NCBI GenBank assembly: GCA_963717505.1 | Contig: OY970342.1 | Location: 3,264,001-3,328,000, forward strand | Length of the DNA stretch: 64,000 bases | From: Candidatus Eiseniibacteriota bacterium | Lineage (GTDB): Bacteria; Eisenbacteria; RBG-16-71-46 | Direction of reading: 5' to 3' | Notes under the pieces: generated by a model | What the model was told of the DNA's origin: nothing | What the model saw: only the letters and a program-made list of their open reading frames with translations | Databases searched by the model: none | Shown: positions 49,813-59,935 of the stretch, piece after piece | How positions within the stretch are numbered: position 1 is the first letter of the stretch | Layout: every line of letters starts with the position of its first letter | Program-made: the position numbers and the translations under genes

Positions 49813-52063
49813 CTAGCGAAGCATCAGCACTTTGGCGGTGGCGGCATGACGCCCGGCCTCGGCCTTCAGGAAGTAGATCCCGGCCGGAGCAACGGTGCCG
49901 TCCTCGAGACGCCCGTCCCACGTCACGCGATGCGTGCCGGCTTCGAGGGCGCGGTCGAGCAGCGTATGCGCCCGTCGGCCCGAGAGGTCGTAGAGGGCCA
50001 GCCGAGCGTGCGCCGCCGCCGGCAGGGTGAACTCGGCCGCCAGACTGCCGCGGGTCGGATTGGGCCCAACTGCCAGCCCGAGCGACGATCCACCGGGCGT
50101 TTCTCCGACCGCGGTCGCCAGCGATGCGTCGTAGGTCACATAGACCGGCCCGGTCCAGATGCGCTCGTTGTCGTCGGTGCGGATGCGTAGGTAGTAGTGG
50201 ACCTCGGTGCCGTCGGCGAACACGTCCCGTTCGCGCCAGTCGAAGCGCGAGCTTCCGATCGACCCCGCGACTTTGACTGCGCTCGATGCCCCGGTGATGC
50301 CGCGGAACAGCTCGACCTCGGCCACGAAGTCGTCGAGGTCCGGATCGGTGACGTCGAGCGCGATCCGGATGCCGGCGGGCGTGGCGAAGACCCGCCCCAT
50401 CGGGAACCCGTTGGCCGATACACCGACCACGGCATTGTGATCCTGAGTGGCGTAGCTGCGGCCTTCGGCCAGCCCCGCCAGGATTTCGCTCTTGCTCAGG
50501 CCGGCGGCCAGCACGCGCCGTGCGGCTCTGGCTCGACGCGCCCCATGTGGCATTGTGATTGTCCTGGTCCGCGACCGGGGAGACGCGATAGCCCTTGCGC
50601 AGCGCCTCCTGGAACTGCCCATCGAAATTGGTATTGCCGATGTCGGACTCGGTGGTCGAGGTCGATTGTGCGGGACCGTTGACCAGTGCCATTTGGTGCA
50701 CGACGCCCAGTCCGGCAGCCGTCACCGCCAGGTTTGCGAAGTCGCCAGCCGCGGGATGGCAGAACTGCGCAACCGGGGCATGCTCGGCCGGTGGGTTGGC
50801 CTGGATCGCCGCGTACAGGCCGGGATAGTCCCCCTGCGCCACGAACACGTCGTAGTTGCCCGGCTCCCAGCCAAAGAGTACCGGGGACTCGAAGATGTTG
50901 ACATGTCCCTCGGCGGCAATACCCCACTCCTGGCCGTAGATCGCGACGAACTCGCCATCACTGTTCGCGGCTTCGGCCTGGAGCATGCCGAGCGCGTAGC
51001 TCGGCAGCAGCATGCCGGCCGAGGAGTGGTTGTGATCGGTGACGGCCAGGAAGTCGAGCGGGGTCGGCGCGGTGTAACGCGCATAGAACCACGCATCCGT
51101 CGGGGTCTGAACGCCATCCGAAAACGACGTGTGCGAATGAAGGTTGCCGAAGTACGCGTTGTAGCCGAGATCGGTCGACAGTCGCTCGCCGGTCGCCGGC
51201 GCAGCTCCCGGACTGTTGGAGACTCCGCTCGAGTTGGGGACCTCGTCGCGCGTCTGCAGCGCGAAATAGTAGGTAGAGTCAGGATCCATCCCAAAGACGT
51301 ACAGGGTCTCTGCGGTTCCCGCGGCCGAAGGCACGTGCTCGACCAGCCAGCGGTCGAGATCGCCCGCGGCGCCAAACGTGCCCGAGGTCAGCGGTGCGTC
51401 GTCGACCCGGATGATGTACTCGCTGGCCGTTTCCGAGGCGCCGTCGTCGCCGGGCGCCGTCCACGTCAGGCGGACCTCACCGGCGAAGGCGCCAGGAATC
51501 GCCATCAGATCGAGCACCGTGGCCGGCGCCGTGACGTCGCCGACGCCGCCGTTGGACGCGCAGAACGTGTCCGGAAAGCGCCAGGCGAAGTTGGCGGACC
51601 CGTTCGGAATCGCCGACCAGACGTTACCCGATTGCGCCGCCGCGTCGGGGTAGGAGATGACATGGACGACAGTCGAGGGGAAGGTGCGATTGGAAACCAG
51701 ATAGACCGTGTCGCCGCCGTTGTTCAGGTACGCGCCCGTGCCCTGACCCCGGATGACACGAAACTCTCCGGGCTGGATCACGGCGGTCCCCGGACAGCCG
51801 ACGAAGTCCTCGGGAATTCGGGCCCGGATCGTGGCGTCGTCGATGGTGGCGGCGTCCTCGATCGCCCAGCCGGTCATGTCCACCGGGGCCGCGCCCGCGT
51901 TGTAGATCTCGATCAGCTCTTCGGCGCCGGTCTCGCTGCCGTTGGGGTTCGGAATCAGCTCGTTGATGACGATCTGGGCGCCGGCGATGCCGGACAGGGT
52001 AGCCAGCGAGAGCGCGGCGGCAACCATCGGGGCGAGAACGGCAAAGCGGGCGGGTCGGCCCAT
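49813..52063 (-). CDS. Secreted lamin-tail + FN3 + PHP (CehA/McbA-like) metallohydrolase with FlgD-Ig C-terminus (+1 indel at ~50518)
   Basis: 'IVINELIPNP', 'GNLHSHTSFSDG', 'AVTDHNH' and 'DNH'; the C-terminus continues in ORF 49813..50622. Confidence 0.8.
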
Positions 52064-52137
52064 CGGGGAGGGCTCCAGGGTTCAAGGTCGGGTTGTCGAT
52101 GCGGGCCGGCCCCGATTCTAGCAGACGGGCGGGTGGG

Positions 52138-52593
52138 TCAGTGGTGGAATCCCCCGAACCCGTGCCGCTTGTCCTTGAAGCTGACCGACACCAGTTTGAA
52201 TGGGGACTTTCCCTGTGCCGTGAAGGTGAACTCGTGACTCGCCGCATCGGAGTCGAGCAGCGTCACGACCAGCTCGTTCGGCGCCTCCCGGATGACGGCC
52301 CCCAGGGTCAGACGCCCGAGCCGTTCGCGCAGCTTGCGGTAGTTCTCGATTCGCGTCCCCATGCTCTTCTTCGCGAGGACTTCGGGATCCATTTCGCGCA
52401 GATAGAATTCGCGCATCGCGGAGTCGCCCGTCGAGAACGCGCGCACCCATCCGCGCCCCAGCTCGCCGCAGCGGGTCCCGGGCCAGCCGTCGCGGGCCTT
52501 GGTCGCGGGTTCGGCGCTGGACTTGGTGTCCGCCGGGGCCGAGTGGCCCACGCACAGCAGCAGAAACGCGAGAACGAGTTTCAGTCGAAACAT
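52138..52593 (-). CDS. Small secreted hypothetical protein in the ABC exporter operon
   Basis: GGAGGA RBS, signal peptide; starts 25 bp after the permease. Confidence 0.7.
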   Translation of the reverse strand: MFRLKLVLAFLLLCVGHSAPADTKSSAEPATKARDGWPGTRCGELGRGWVRAFSTGDSAMREFYLREMDPEVLAKKSMGTRIENYRKLRERLGRLTLGAVIREAPNELVVTLLDSDAASHEFTFTAQGKSPFKLVSVSFKDKRHGFGGFHH

Positions 52594-52617
52594 GGATTCC
52601 TCCCCTGTGGAAATCGT

Positions 52618-55002
52618 CTATTGCTCGACGGCGAGCGCCACCCGGACCGGCATCCGTGAGGCACGCCGGGCCGGCAGCACGCTGCTGATCGAAGCCAGCA
52701 CGATGACCAGCACCAGCCACGCGCCGGTGGCGACGGGTGTCATGTAGAACTCGAGCGGGGCCTTGAAGAAGATGCGGCCGCTCGCAGCCTGGAGGACGTA
52801 GCTGGCCGGCGCGGCCAGGAGGCTCGCGACGACCCAGCTCAGAGTCCCGATCAGCAGCGCTTCGCACCAGACGTGGCGTGCGATCACCGACGGCCGAGCG
52901 CCGATCGCGCCCAGAACCCCGAACTCGCGCGTACGCTGGATCACGCTGAGCGCCAGAGTCGAGGTCAGCGCCAGGGCGCCGACGAACACGACGATCAGCG
53001 TTGCCATGGTCAGGATCGCCATGATGATCACCAGGTGATCGAGGATCCCCTGCCGGACGCCCTGCATCCGCTGGAGTCCCGATACCTCGATGCCGGCAGC
53101 CTCGAACGCCTGTTCCAGTCGCCGCGCGGCGTCGCGTTGCGCGGCGTCGTCGTGGCCACGCGTCACGATGCGCACCGTGCGCGACGAATCCGGCGATCGG
53201 CCGGTCGCGGCCAACACGGCGCCCTGGGCGGCATAGATGACCGGCATGGGCGCCAGCTCGCGGACCACCCCGACGATCGGGAACGAGACGGTTCGGTTTC
53301 CGATGCGAACCTGAACCTGCTTGCCGACGCCGAGCGAGGGATTCCGGGTCAGGACGGCGCGATTGACCACCGCCGCATTCGAGTCCGCCGGCTCGAGCCA
53401 TCGGCCGTCACCGAGCTGGAGCGTCAGCAGCCGCGAGCCGGGATCCGGGCCGACCAGGGCGACGGTTGCTCCCGGTACTCCACTCGGACCGATCAGGTAG
53501 GGCGAGGCGCCGGGCCAGAACTCGGCGCGCTCGACTTCGGGGACAGTGGTCAGGACCGCGTTCAGCTCGGCGATCGCCTGGGGCTCCGCGAGACTCAACG
53601 TCAGATCGTAGCGCCGGGCAGCGAAGTCTTTGTCGACCGCGCGGTTCCACGCGGCGGCCACATTGAGCGCCGACATGAACACTGCGCCGCCCATGGCCAG
53701 CGTACCGACGGTGAGTGCCAGTCGCCCGCGCTGTTGAAACGAATTCCGCAGCGACAGCGCGAGCGGGCGCGGTAATCCCCGCAGTCCGGCGAGCCATCGA
53801 TCCAGGCGACGAACTCCAAAGGGCAGCACGGCACCACCGGTGCTCAACGCCTCGCGCACGCTGATCCTCGAGGCGCGGTGGATGGGAACCAGAGCGACCG
53901 CGAGCGGAATCAGGACTCCAATCGGAACCTCGGCGGCGAGCAGCCACCACGGGAAGGGAACCTGCGTGATGTCCGCATTCAGGATGCCCGCGGCGAACTG
54001 GGCGTAAGCACGGCCGACCACCAGCCCCAGGGGAATGCCGATCGCCAGCGCCCCGATGGCGAGGACGGCGACCTGGCCCAGGTAGATCCCCGCCACCTGG
54101 CGGCTGGTCGCACCGATCGCCTTCATCATTCCGACCTGACGAACCTCCTCGGCCATCAGGGCGTGGACCATGGCGGCGACCAACACCGCGCTGAGCGCGA
54201 AGCTGAGAATGCCGAACGCGAGCAGCAGGAACAGGAACGATTCCATCTGATCGGCGTGGGGATGTCGCCCCGGCGCCGGCACCGTGACGCGGAACACCGT
54301 GCGCCCCTGACGCTCGAGCATGGTGCGCACCGAATCGGCGACCTCGCGGATGTAGCCTTCGTCGGTCACGTGGTCGGCCACGAGGATCTTGAGCTGCGCC
54401 GACTCGCCGTCTCCGCCGCGAAGCGGCGAATCCCAGCGGACGAAGCCTGGAACCATGTGCTCCATCCACGCCGGAGCCAGTCCGGCGGCGTGCACCGTTC
54501 CGGCCACGCGCACTGGACGCTCGTCGCCGCCCGAGGCGCGCACCACCAGGCGATCGCCGATGCCGACCTGCGCGACGGTGAGCGCGCTGCGTTCGAGCAG
54601 CACATCGGCTTCATCCGGCGGCCAGTCGCCGGCTTCGGGTTCGAAGGTGTCGAGGCGCTGGTGATCGAAGTCCCGAACCACGTACAACACGGCCGGCACC
54701 CATTCGTCGGCGCCGAGGCGGACGCGCGCCACGATCACCGGTCGAGCCTCGGCGTCGCCGACTCCCGGCACGCCGCGCACCGATTCGACCAACGCATCGT
54801 CGACCTGGTCCAGGGTCAACGTCGCCGACGCCGGCCGCGTGCGCCCGTACATCGAATTCAGTTCGGGTTGCAGCAGGATGTACTTGTAGAGCATCGCGCC
54901 GACCTGGAACACGCCGGCGGCCATGGCGACCATGGCCAACAAGGTGCGACCCGGCCGGCCGATCAGATCGCGGACGACCTTGCGCCACCTCGGGGCCATC
55001 AC
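52618..55002 (-). CDS. MacB/FtsX-family ABC permease
   Basis: Two FtsX halves: 'RQVGMMKAIGA' and 'RTREFGVLGAIGA'. Confidence 0.9.
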   Translation of the reverse strand: MMAPRWRKVVRDLIGRPGRTLLAMVAMAAGVFQVGAMLYKYILLQPELNSMYGRTRPASATLTLDQVDDALVESVRGVPGVGDAEARPVIVARVRLGADEWVPAVLYVVRDFDHQRLDTFEPEAGDWPPDEADVLLERSALTVAQVGIGDRLVVRASGGDERPVRVAGTVHAAGLAPAWMEHMVPGFVRWDSPLRGGDGESAQLKILVADHVTDEGYIREVADSVRTMLERQGRTVFRVTVPAPGRHPHADQMESFLFLLLAFGILSFALSAVLVAAMVHALMAEEVRQVGMMKAIGATSRQVAGIYLGQVAVLAIGALAIGIPLGLVVGRAYAQFAAGILNADITQVPFPWWLLAAEVPIGVLIPLAVALVPIHRASRISVREALSTGGAVLPFGVRRLDRWLAGLRGLPRPLALSLRNSFQQRGRLALTVGTLAMGGAVFMSALNVAAAWNRAVDKDFAARRYDLTLSLAEPQAIAELNAVLTTVPEVERAEFWPGASPYLIGPSGVPGATVALVGPDPGSRLLTLQLGDGRWLEPADSNAAVVNRAVLTRNPSLGVGKQVQVRIGNRTVSFPIVGVVRELAPMPVIYAAQGAVLAATGRSPDSSRTVRIVTRGHDDAAQRDAARRLEQAFEAAGIEVSGLQRMQGVRQGILDHLVIIMAILTMATLIVVFVGALALTSTLALSVIQRTREFGVLGAIGARPSVIARHVWCEALLIGTLSWVVASLLAAPASYVLQAASGRIFFKAPLEFYMTPVATGAWLVLVIVLASISSVLPARRASRMPVRVALAVEQ

Positions 55003-55664
55003 AACGCCAGTCGACCGTCGGACAAAGTGACGTTGCGGGTGACGCGTGGTCCGGGGTCGCGCTCATGGGTGACCACCACCACCGTCTTGCCCGATGCCAC
55101 GAGATCACCGAACAGGCGCAGCACCGCCGCGCCGGTCTCGGAGTCGAGATTGCCGGTGGGTTCGTCGGCGAGAATCAGCGGCGGGTCATTGGCCAGGGAA
55201 CGGGCGATCGCCACCCGCTGCTGCTGGCCGCCCGAGAGTGCGTTCGGCAGCTTATCCGCCTGGTCCGCCACCTCGACGCGCTCGAGCAGCTCGAGTGCTC
55301 GCCGGCGTCGCTGACTGGCCGGGAACGTTCCACAGAAGTCCATCGGCAGCATGACGTTCTCCGCGGCGGTCAACGCCGGCAGGAGCTGGAAGAACTGGAA
55401 CACGATGCCGACCTGGCGTCCGCGCCAGGCGGCGAGCTGATCGGGATTCAGCGAGCCGAGCTCCGTGCCGGCGACCGTCACGCGACCCGAGGTCGGGTGG
55501 TCGATACCACCCACCATGTTGAGCAGCGTGGACTTTCCACTGCCGGATCGGCCGACGATCGCGACGAACTCGCCCGCCCGAATCTCGAGGTCGAGTTCAC
55601 GCAGCGCCGGAAATGTGCCGGCCGAGGTCTCGTAGGTCTTGGTCAGATTCTGGAGCGAGATCAC
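54999..55664 (-). CDS. ABC transporter ATP-binding protein (LolD/MacB-like)
   Basis: 'GRSGSGKS', 'LSGGQQQR' and 'ADEPTGNLD'; GTG start at 55664 with GGAGG upstream. Confidence 0.92.
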   Translation of the reverse strand: MISLQNLTKTYETSAGTFPALRELDLEIRAGEFVAIVGRSGSGKSTLLNMVGGIDHPTSGRVTVAGTELGSLNPDQLAAWRGRQVGIVFQFFQLLPALTAAENVMLPMDFCGTFPASQRRRRALELLERVEVADQADKLPNALSGGQQQRVAIARSLANDPPLILADEPTGNLDSETGAAVLRLFGDLVASGKTVVVVTHERDPGPRVTRNVTLSDGRLAL

Positions 55665-55762
55665 GATCGAAGGCCTCCGGGGCGCATGGTGTCGGACCCG
55701 CAACGCGGGCTCCGCGAATGGCGCAGCTTCGGCGCGCTGCGCAACACCCCGCCACATTGCTG

Positions 55763-55836
55763 GGACGAGCGGCGTCTCGGCGGGGACGAGCGGCGTCGGT
55801 CGAGGACGCGCGGCGTCAGTCGAGGACGCGCGGCGT
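55763..55836. promoter_or_regulatory. Four direct repeats GGACG(A/C)GCGGCGT, candidate LytTR operator
   Basis: GACG cores at 55764, 55785, 55805 and 55825 (periods 21, 20, 20), between the divergent ABC and LytS/LytTR genes. Confidence 0.65.
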
Positions 55837-55906
55837 GGCGTCACGTTTCAAACATGCGCGCAATTCTCGACGCCACGTCGATCGCGACGATGATAGGATT
55901 CCCGCA

Positions 55907-56992
55907 ATGCGTTCCTCGCTTCGCGCCACCACCCTGGCCCTGACCGCAGCCTCGTTCTTCGCGCTGCTCGAGATCGTTCGCACCACGCTGACCCGCGTGC
56001 TCGAAGGCGACGTGGTGACCGGGCGCGATCTGCTGCACGGGGTGCTGCCGCGCTGGGGCGCGGTCATGATCGTGTCGCCGTGGTGTGCCTTCATGGCGCG
56101 GCGCTTCCCGTTTCGCGATGGACGCATCGGGCGCACCCTGGCCGCGCACTTCGGCGGCGCCATGGTCTTCGTGGCACTGCACCTGGGCCTGATGATGGCG
56201 TTCCATCGGGTGATCCGGGGTCAGGACCGGTTACCGACAGGTCACCAGCTGCTCCACACCTACGCGTTCCTCCTCTTGCTCGAGTTGGGCATCTACACGG
56301 CGATCGTGATCGTGGTCTTGATGGTCGACGCACGTCGTGAGTCGGCCGAGCGGGCCCTGGCGTCGGCGAAACTCGAGCAGCATCTGGCGAGCGCCCGCCT
56401 CGAGAGCCTTCAGTCGCAGATCCGGCCGCACTTTCTGTTCAACACGCTGAATGCGCTGGCGGTCCTGGCGCGCAAAGGGGATGGCGCCGCCGTGGACCGG
56501 GCGATCGGCGACCTCGGAGAATTGCTGCGCGCGTCGTTCGCCGCCCCCGGACGCCACGAGATTCCGCTGTCCGAGGAGCTGGAATTCCTCGAACGCTACG
56601 TCAGCCTGCAGCGCATCCGCTTCCCGGACCGGCTGAACGTCGAATGGCAGGTGCCCGACGAGGTGCGGCCGGCGTTGGTGCCGGCCTTGCTCGTCCAGCC
56701 GCTGGTCGAGAACGCGCTCGAACACGGCCTCGCCACCGCCCGCGGGGGACACGTTCGCGTCGCCGCGCGTCGCGATCACGACGTGCTCGAGATCGAGGTC
56801 ACCGACGACGGACCGGGTTTCGGAGCGGCGGACCCGCGCGGAGCCGGTGTTGGACTGGCCAACACCCGGGAACGTCTCCGGCTCCTCCACGGAGAGCGAG
56901 GCACGTTGTCGTGTGGGAATCGCCCGGGCGGCGGCGGGCTCGTACGTATTCGCATCCCGTGGCGCGTGAACGGCGCGGGAGCGAGACCATGA
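55907..56992 (+). CDS. LytS/YehU-family sensor histidine kinase
   Basis: 'QIRPHFLFNTLN', 'QPLVENALEHG' and 'GVGLANTRERL'. Confidence 0.92.
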   Translation: MRSSLRATTLALTAASFFALLEIVRTTLTRVLEGDVVTGRDLLHGVLPRWGAVMIVSPWCAFMARRFPFRDGRIGRTLAAHFGGAMVFVALHLGLMMAFHRVIRGQDRLPTGHQLLHTYAFLLLLELGIYTAIVIVVLMVDARRESAERALASAKLEQHLASARLESLQSQIRPHFLFNTLNALAVLARKGDGAAVDRAIGDLGELLRASFAAPGRHEIPLSEELEFLERYVSLQRIRFPDRLNVEWQVPDEVRPALVPALLVQPLVENALEHGLATARGGHVRVAARRDHDVLEIEVTDDGPGFGAADPRGAGVGLANTRERLRLLHGERGTLSCGNRPGGGGLVRIRIPWRVNGAGARP

Positions 56993-57750
56993 TCCGGGTG
57001 GCAATCGTCGACGACGAGCCGGTCGCCCGCGAGGGTCTACGCCTGTGGCTGTCGCATGAATCCGACGTGATCGTGGCCGGCGAGGCAGCGTCACCCGCCG
57101 AAGCCGTCGCGCTCATCCTGCGCGAGCGGCCCGATTTGCTGTTCCTCGACGTCCAGATGCCCGACGGCGACGGGTTCGACGTGATCGAGGCGATCGGCGG
57201 CGAGCACCTGCCCGAAGTCATCTTCGTCACCGCTCACGAGCGTCACGCGCTAAAGGCGTTCGACGCCGCAGCCCTCGACTTCCTGCTCAAGCCGGTGCGC
57301 GAGGAGCGCTTTCGCACGGCACTCGATCGGGCCCGTCACGAGCTGGAACGTGGCGAAGGTCGCACCGGACCGGCGCGAATCACCGCGTTGCTCGATCACG
57401 TTCGCGGGGCGGGTGGCACCGGGGGCGAACGGCGGATCGAACGATTCGCGGTGCGCACCCGGGATCGATTCGTCATCGTGCCCGCCTCCGCGGTGCGCTG
57501 GATCGCCGCGGCCGGCAACTATGCCGAACTGCACGTTGCCGGAGGCTCGCACCTGGTGCGAGCGACCATGGCGGAACTCGAAGCCGGGCTCGACCCCGAG
57601 CGATTCGCGCGCATCCACCGCGGGACCCTGGTTCGCGTCGATTGCGTGCGCGAGGTGGTTCCTTCCGCACACGGTGACTACGACGTCGTGCTCGACGATG
57701 GCGTCGAGCTGCGGCTCAGCCGGCGGTTTCGCTCGAGACTTCTGCCGTAG
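56989..57750 (+). CDS. LytTR-family response regulator
   Basis: REC 'IVDDEP...FLDVQMP'; LytTR 'GNYAELH...FARIHRG'. Confidence 0.92.
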   Translation: MIRVAIVDDEPVAREGLRLWLSHESDVIVAGEAASPAEAVALILRERPDLLFLDVQMPDGDGFDVIEAIGGEHLPEVIFVTAHERHALKAFDAAALDFLLKPVREERFRTALDRARHELERGEGRTGPARITALLDHVRGAGGTGGERRIERFAVRTRDRFVIVPASAVRWIAAAGNYAELHVAGGSHLVRATMAELEAGLDPERFARIHRGTLVRVDCVREVVPSAHGDYDVVLDDGVELRLSRRFRSRLLP

Positions 57751-58687
57751 TGGGTCGCTCGAGTTCGGCGCGATTCCAGCCGCCGAGCGCCGCGGCGGCC
57801 TCGTACGTGCTCTGCAGGAACTCGAGCAGCGTGGCGTCGGGGTCCGGCGAGCGACGGACGAGTTCGTAGGGGAGGACCCACTCGTGAAGCACCGGGTGGT
57901 AAGCCGCACCCGCGGGCCGCACACGCGCCTCGGGACACCCCGGCGGCTCGGGATAGGCGTAGGCGTAGAAGATCGCCTCCTCGACCGGCGCCCCGACGGA
58001 ACCGGGCCACCAGCCGGCACTGATGCACTCGTGCGAGTAGGACTCGCGGGTCACGTAATCGGGCAGGTTGGGGATACCGCCGGGATGGGGTGGCGCCCGA
58101 CGACCCGAGAATCGCGTGCACGCCAGGTCGAAGCTGCCCCACCAGAAATGCACCGGGCTGCACTTGCCGAGGAATCGTGCGCGAAACCTCTTGAGCACGC
58201 GATCCGCCTGCGCCAGCGCCCGCCAGCAGCGCTGGGCAGCGTCGGGATCGTACGAGGCGTGCGTGCGGTCGAGGTCGAAGCGGATCGGGTCCGCGATCTC
58301 ATTGGGCAGCGGGCGCATACGCACTTCGACCTCGAGTTCCCGCAGCAGCTCCCGATAGCGGCCGTAGAAGTCCGCCACGGTCTGCGGCACGAGCGGCAGC
58401 GTACGCAGCGCGCCGTCGCTGGTCCGGGCCACCAGGCGATGGTCGATGAAGTCCAGCTCGACTTCGAGCGTTCGTCCGCCACACGGCATCGGCGACGTCG
58501 TGAGTCCGCGCGCGGTCAGGTATTGAACCACGTGCCAGTAGTGGTTCTCCGCCGGCGACAGGGCGAGCCGCGTCTTGCCGATGATCTGGGTCCACAGATG
58601 GAGCGTGGCACGTGTGTCCTCCCAAGCGTGAAGCGGGAGATCGGGCCAAGCGCTCGAGGCCAGTGTCGTCGAATCGGAACGGGTCAT
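57716..58687 (-). CDS. DUF5996-family protein
   Basis: 'TLHLWTQIIGK', 'SPVHFWWGSFDLA.TRFSGR' and 'YSHECIS.GWWPG' (family recalled, not searched). Confidence 0.75.
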   Translation of the reverse strand: MTRSDSTTLASSAWPDLPLHAWEDTRATLHLWTQIIGKTRLALSPAENHYWHVVQYLTARGLTTSPMPCGGRTLEVELDFIDHRLVARTSDGALRTLPLVPQTVADFYGRYRELLRELEVEVRMRPLPNEIADPIRFDLDRTHASYDPDAAQRCWRALAQADRVLKRFRARFLGKCSPVHFWWGSFDLACTRFSGRRAPPHPGGIPNLPDYVTRESYSHECISAGWWPGSVGAPVEEAIFYAYAYPEPPGCPEARVRPAGAAYHPVLHEWVLPYELVRRSPDPDATLLEFLQSTYEAAAALGGWNRAELERPTTAEVSSETAG

Positions 58688-58707
58688 CGGGTCTCTCGGA
58701 TCACGGT

Positions 58708-58983
58708 CTAGCCCGGGATCGCCTCGAGGAACACCTCGTCGACGTAGCACCAGCCCCAGTCTTCGCCCAGCTCGAAGCTGCGAATCACCGGATGCTTGGT
58801 GGCGTGAAAGTGCTTGGTCGCGTGGCGATTCGGCGAGTTGTCGCAGCAACCAACGTGACCGCAGGTCAGGCACAACCTGAGGTGCACCCACCGGCCCCCG
58901 GCCGCCAGGCACTCCTCGCAGCCTTTGGGGGTTCGTGGCTCGACCGGATCGAGGCCGGCAAAGTGCGGGCAGGCGGGGGTCAT
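58708..58983 (-). CDS. UBP-type zinc finger protein
   Basis: 'CxH...CEECL...WVHLRLCLTCGHVGCCDNSPNRHATKHF...WCYVD'. Confidence 0.88.
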   Translation of the reverse strand: MTPACPHFAGLDPVEPRTPKGCEECLAAGGRWVHLRLCLTCGHVGCCDNSPNRHATKHFHATKHPVIRSFELGEDWGWCYVDEVFLEAIPG

Positions 58984-59009
58984 GGGGCCCATCCTAGCAT
59001 CGACGTCGG

Positions 59010-59777
59010 CTACGACTTCCGCGCTGCGGAATCCTTCGCGGCTGGCAGGTGTGGCTCGTGCAGCCGCACCGGGGCCGCCCCCTTGCGCAGCCGAAGATTC
59101 AACATCTCGACGAACACCGAGAACGCCATCGCGAAATAGATGTAGCCCTTGGGAATGTGATGGTCCAGGCCCTCGGCGATCAACGCGACTCCGATCAGGA
59201 GCAGGAAGCTCAAGGCCAGCATCTTGATCGTCGGGTGGCGATCGACGAAGCCGCTGATCGGACCGGCGAACACCAGCATGAACCCAATCGCCAGGACGAT
59301 GGCGGCGATCATGATCGGGATCTGGTCGACCATCCCGACCGCAGTGATCACCGAATCGAGCGAGAACACGATGTCGAGCAGCAGGATCTGGACGATGACA
59401 CCTAGGAACGACGCCTTCGCGCGCACCGTTCCCTCGTGCTCCGCCCCCTCGAGCTTGTCGTGGATCTCGCGGGTCGACTTGGCCATCAGGAACAGGCCAC
59501 CGAGGATCAGGATCAGATCGCGACCCGAGATCTCCTGGCCGAGCACGACGAACCAGGGCGCGGTCAGTCGGACCAACCACACCAGCGACAGCAACAGCCC
59601 GATGCGCAGGAACATGGCGAGCGAGAGCCCGATGTGGCGGGCCCGCGCCTGCGAAGCACGGGGCAAGCGGCCGGCCAGGATCGCGATGAAGATGATGTTG
59701 TCGATGCCGAGCACGATCTCGAGCACCGTGAGCGTGGCGAGCGCGATCCACACCTGCGGATCCTGGATCCATTCCAT
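59010..59777 (-). CDS. TerC family membrane protein
   Basis: 'LEIVLGIDNIIFI' and 'DIVFSLDSVITAVGM'. Confidence 0.92.
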   Translation of the reverse strand: MEWIQDPQVWIALATLTVLEIVLGIDNIIFIAILAGRLPRASQARARHIGLSLAMFLRIGLLLSLVWLVRLTAPWFVVLGQEISGRDLILILGGLFLMAKSTREIHDKLEGAEHEGTVRAKASFLGVIVQILLLDIVFSLDSVITAVGMVDQIPIMIAAIVLAIGFMLVFAGPISGFVDRHPTIKMLALSFLLLIGVALIAEGLDHHIPKGYIYFAMAFSVFVEMLNLRLRKGAAPVRLHEPHLPAAKDSAARKS

Positions 59778-59935
59778 GCGGCGAGATCTCCCTTGGGTCT
59801 CGACGGGGTTTGCAGGACATCACCGCCGTGGGCCGGCGGCCGCGCACTCTATCGCACGCGGGCGGGTCTGAGATAGATTGGCGTCCTGGCGGCCGCGCAC
59901 CGCAAACCGTGCGCCGCCCAGGAAAGGAACCCGAC

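Noticed and set aside
55763-55836. Mini CRISPR array
   Set aside because: Repeats of ~14 bp with 6-7-bp spacers are far too short, and there are no cas genes.
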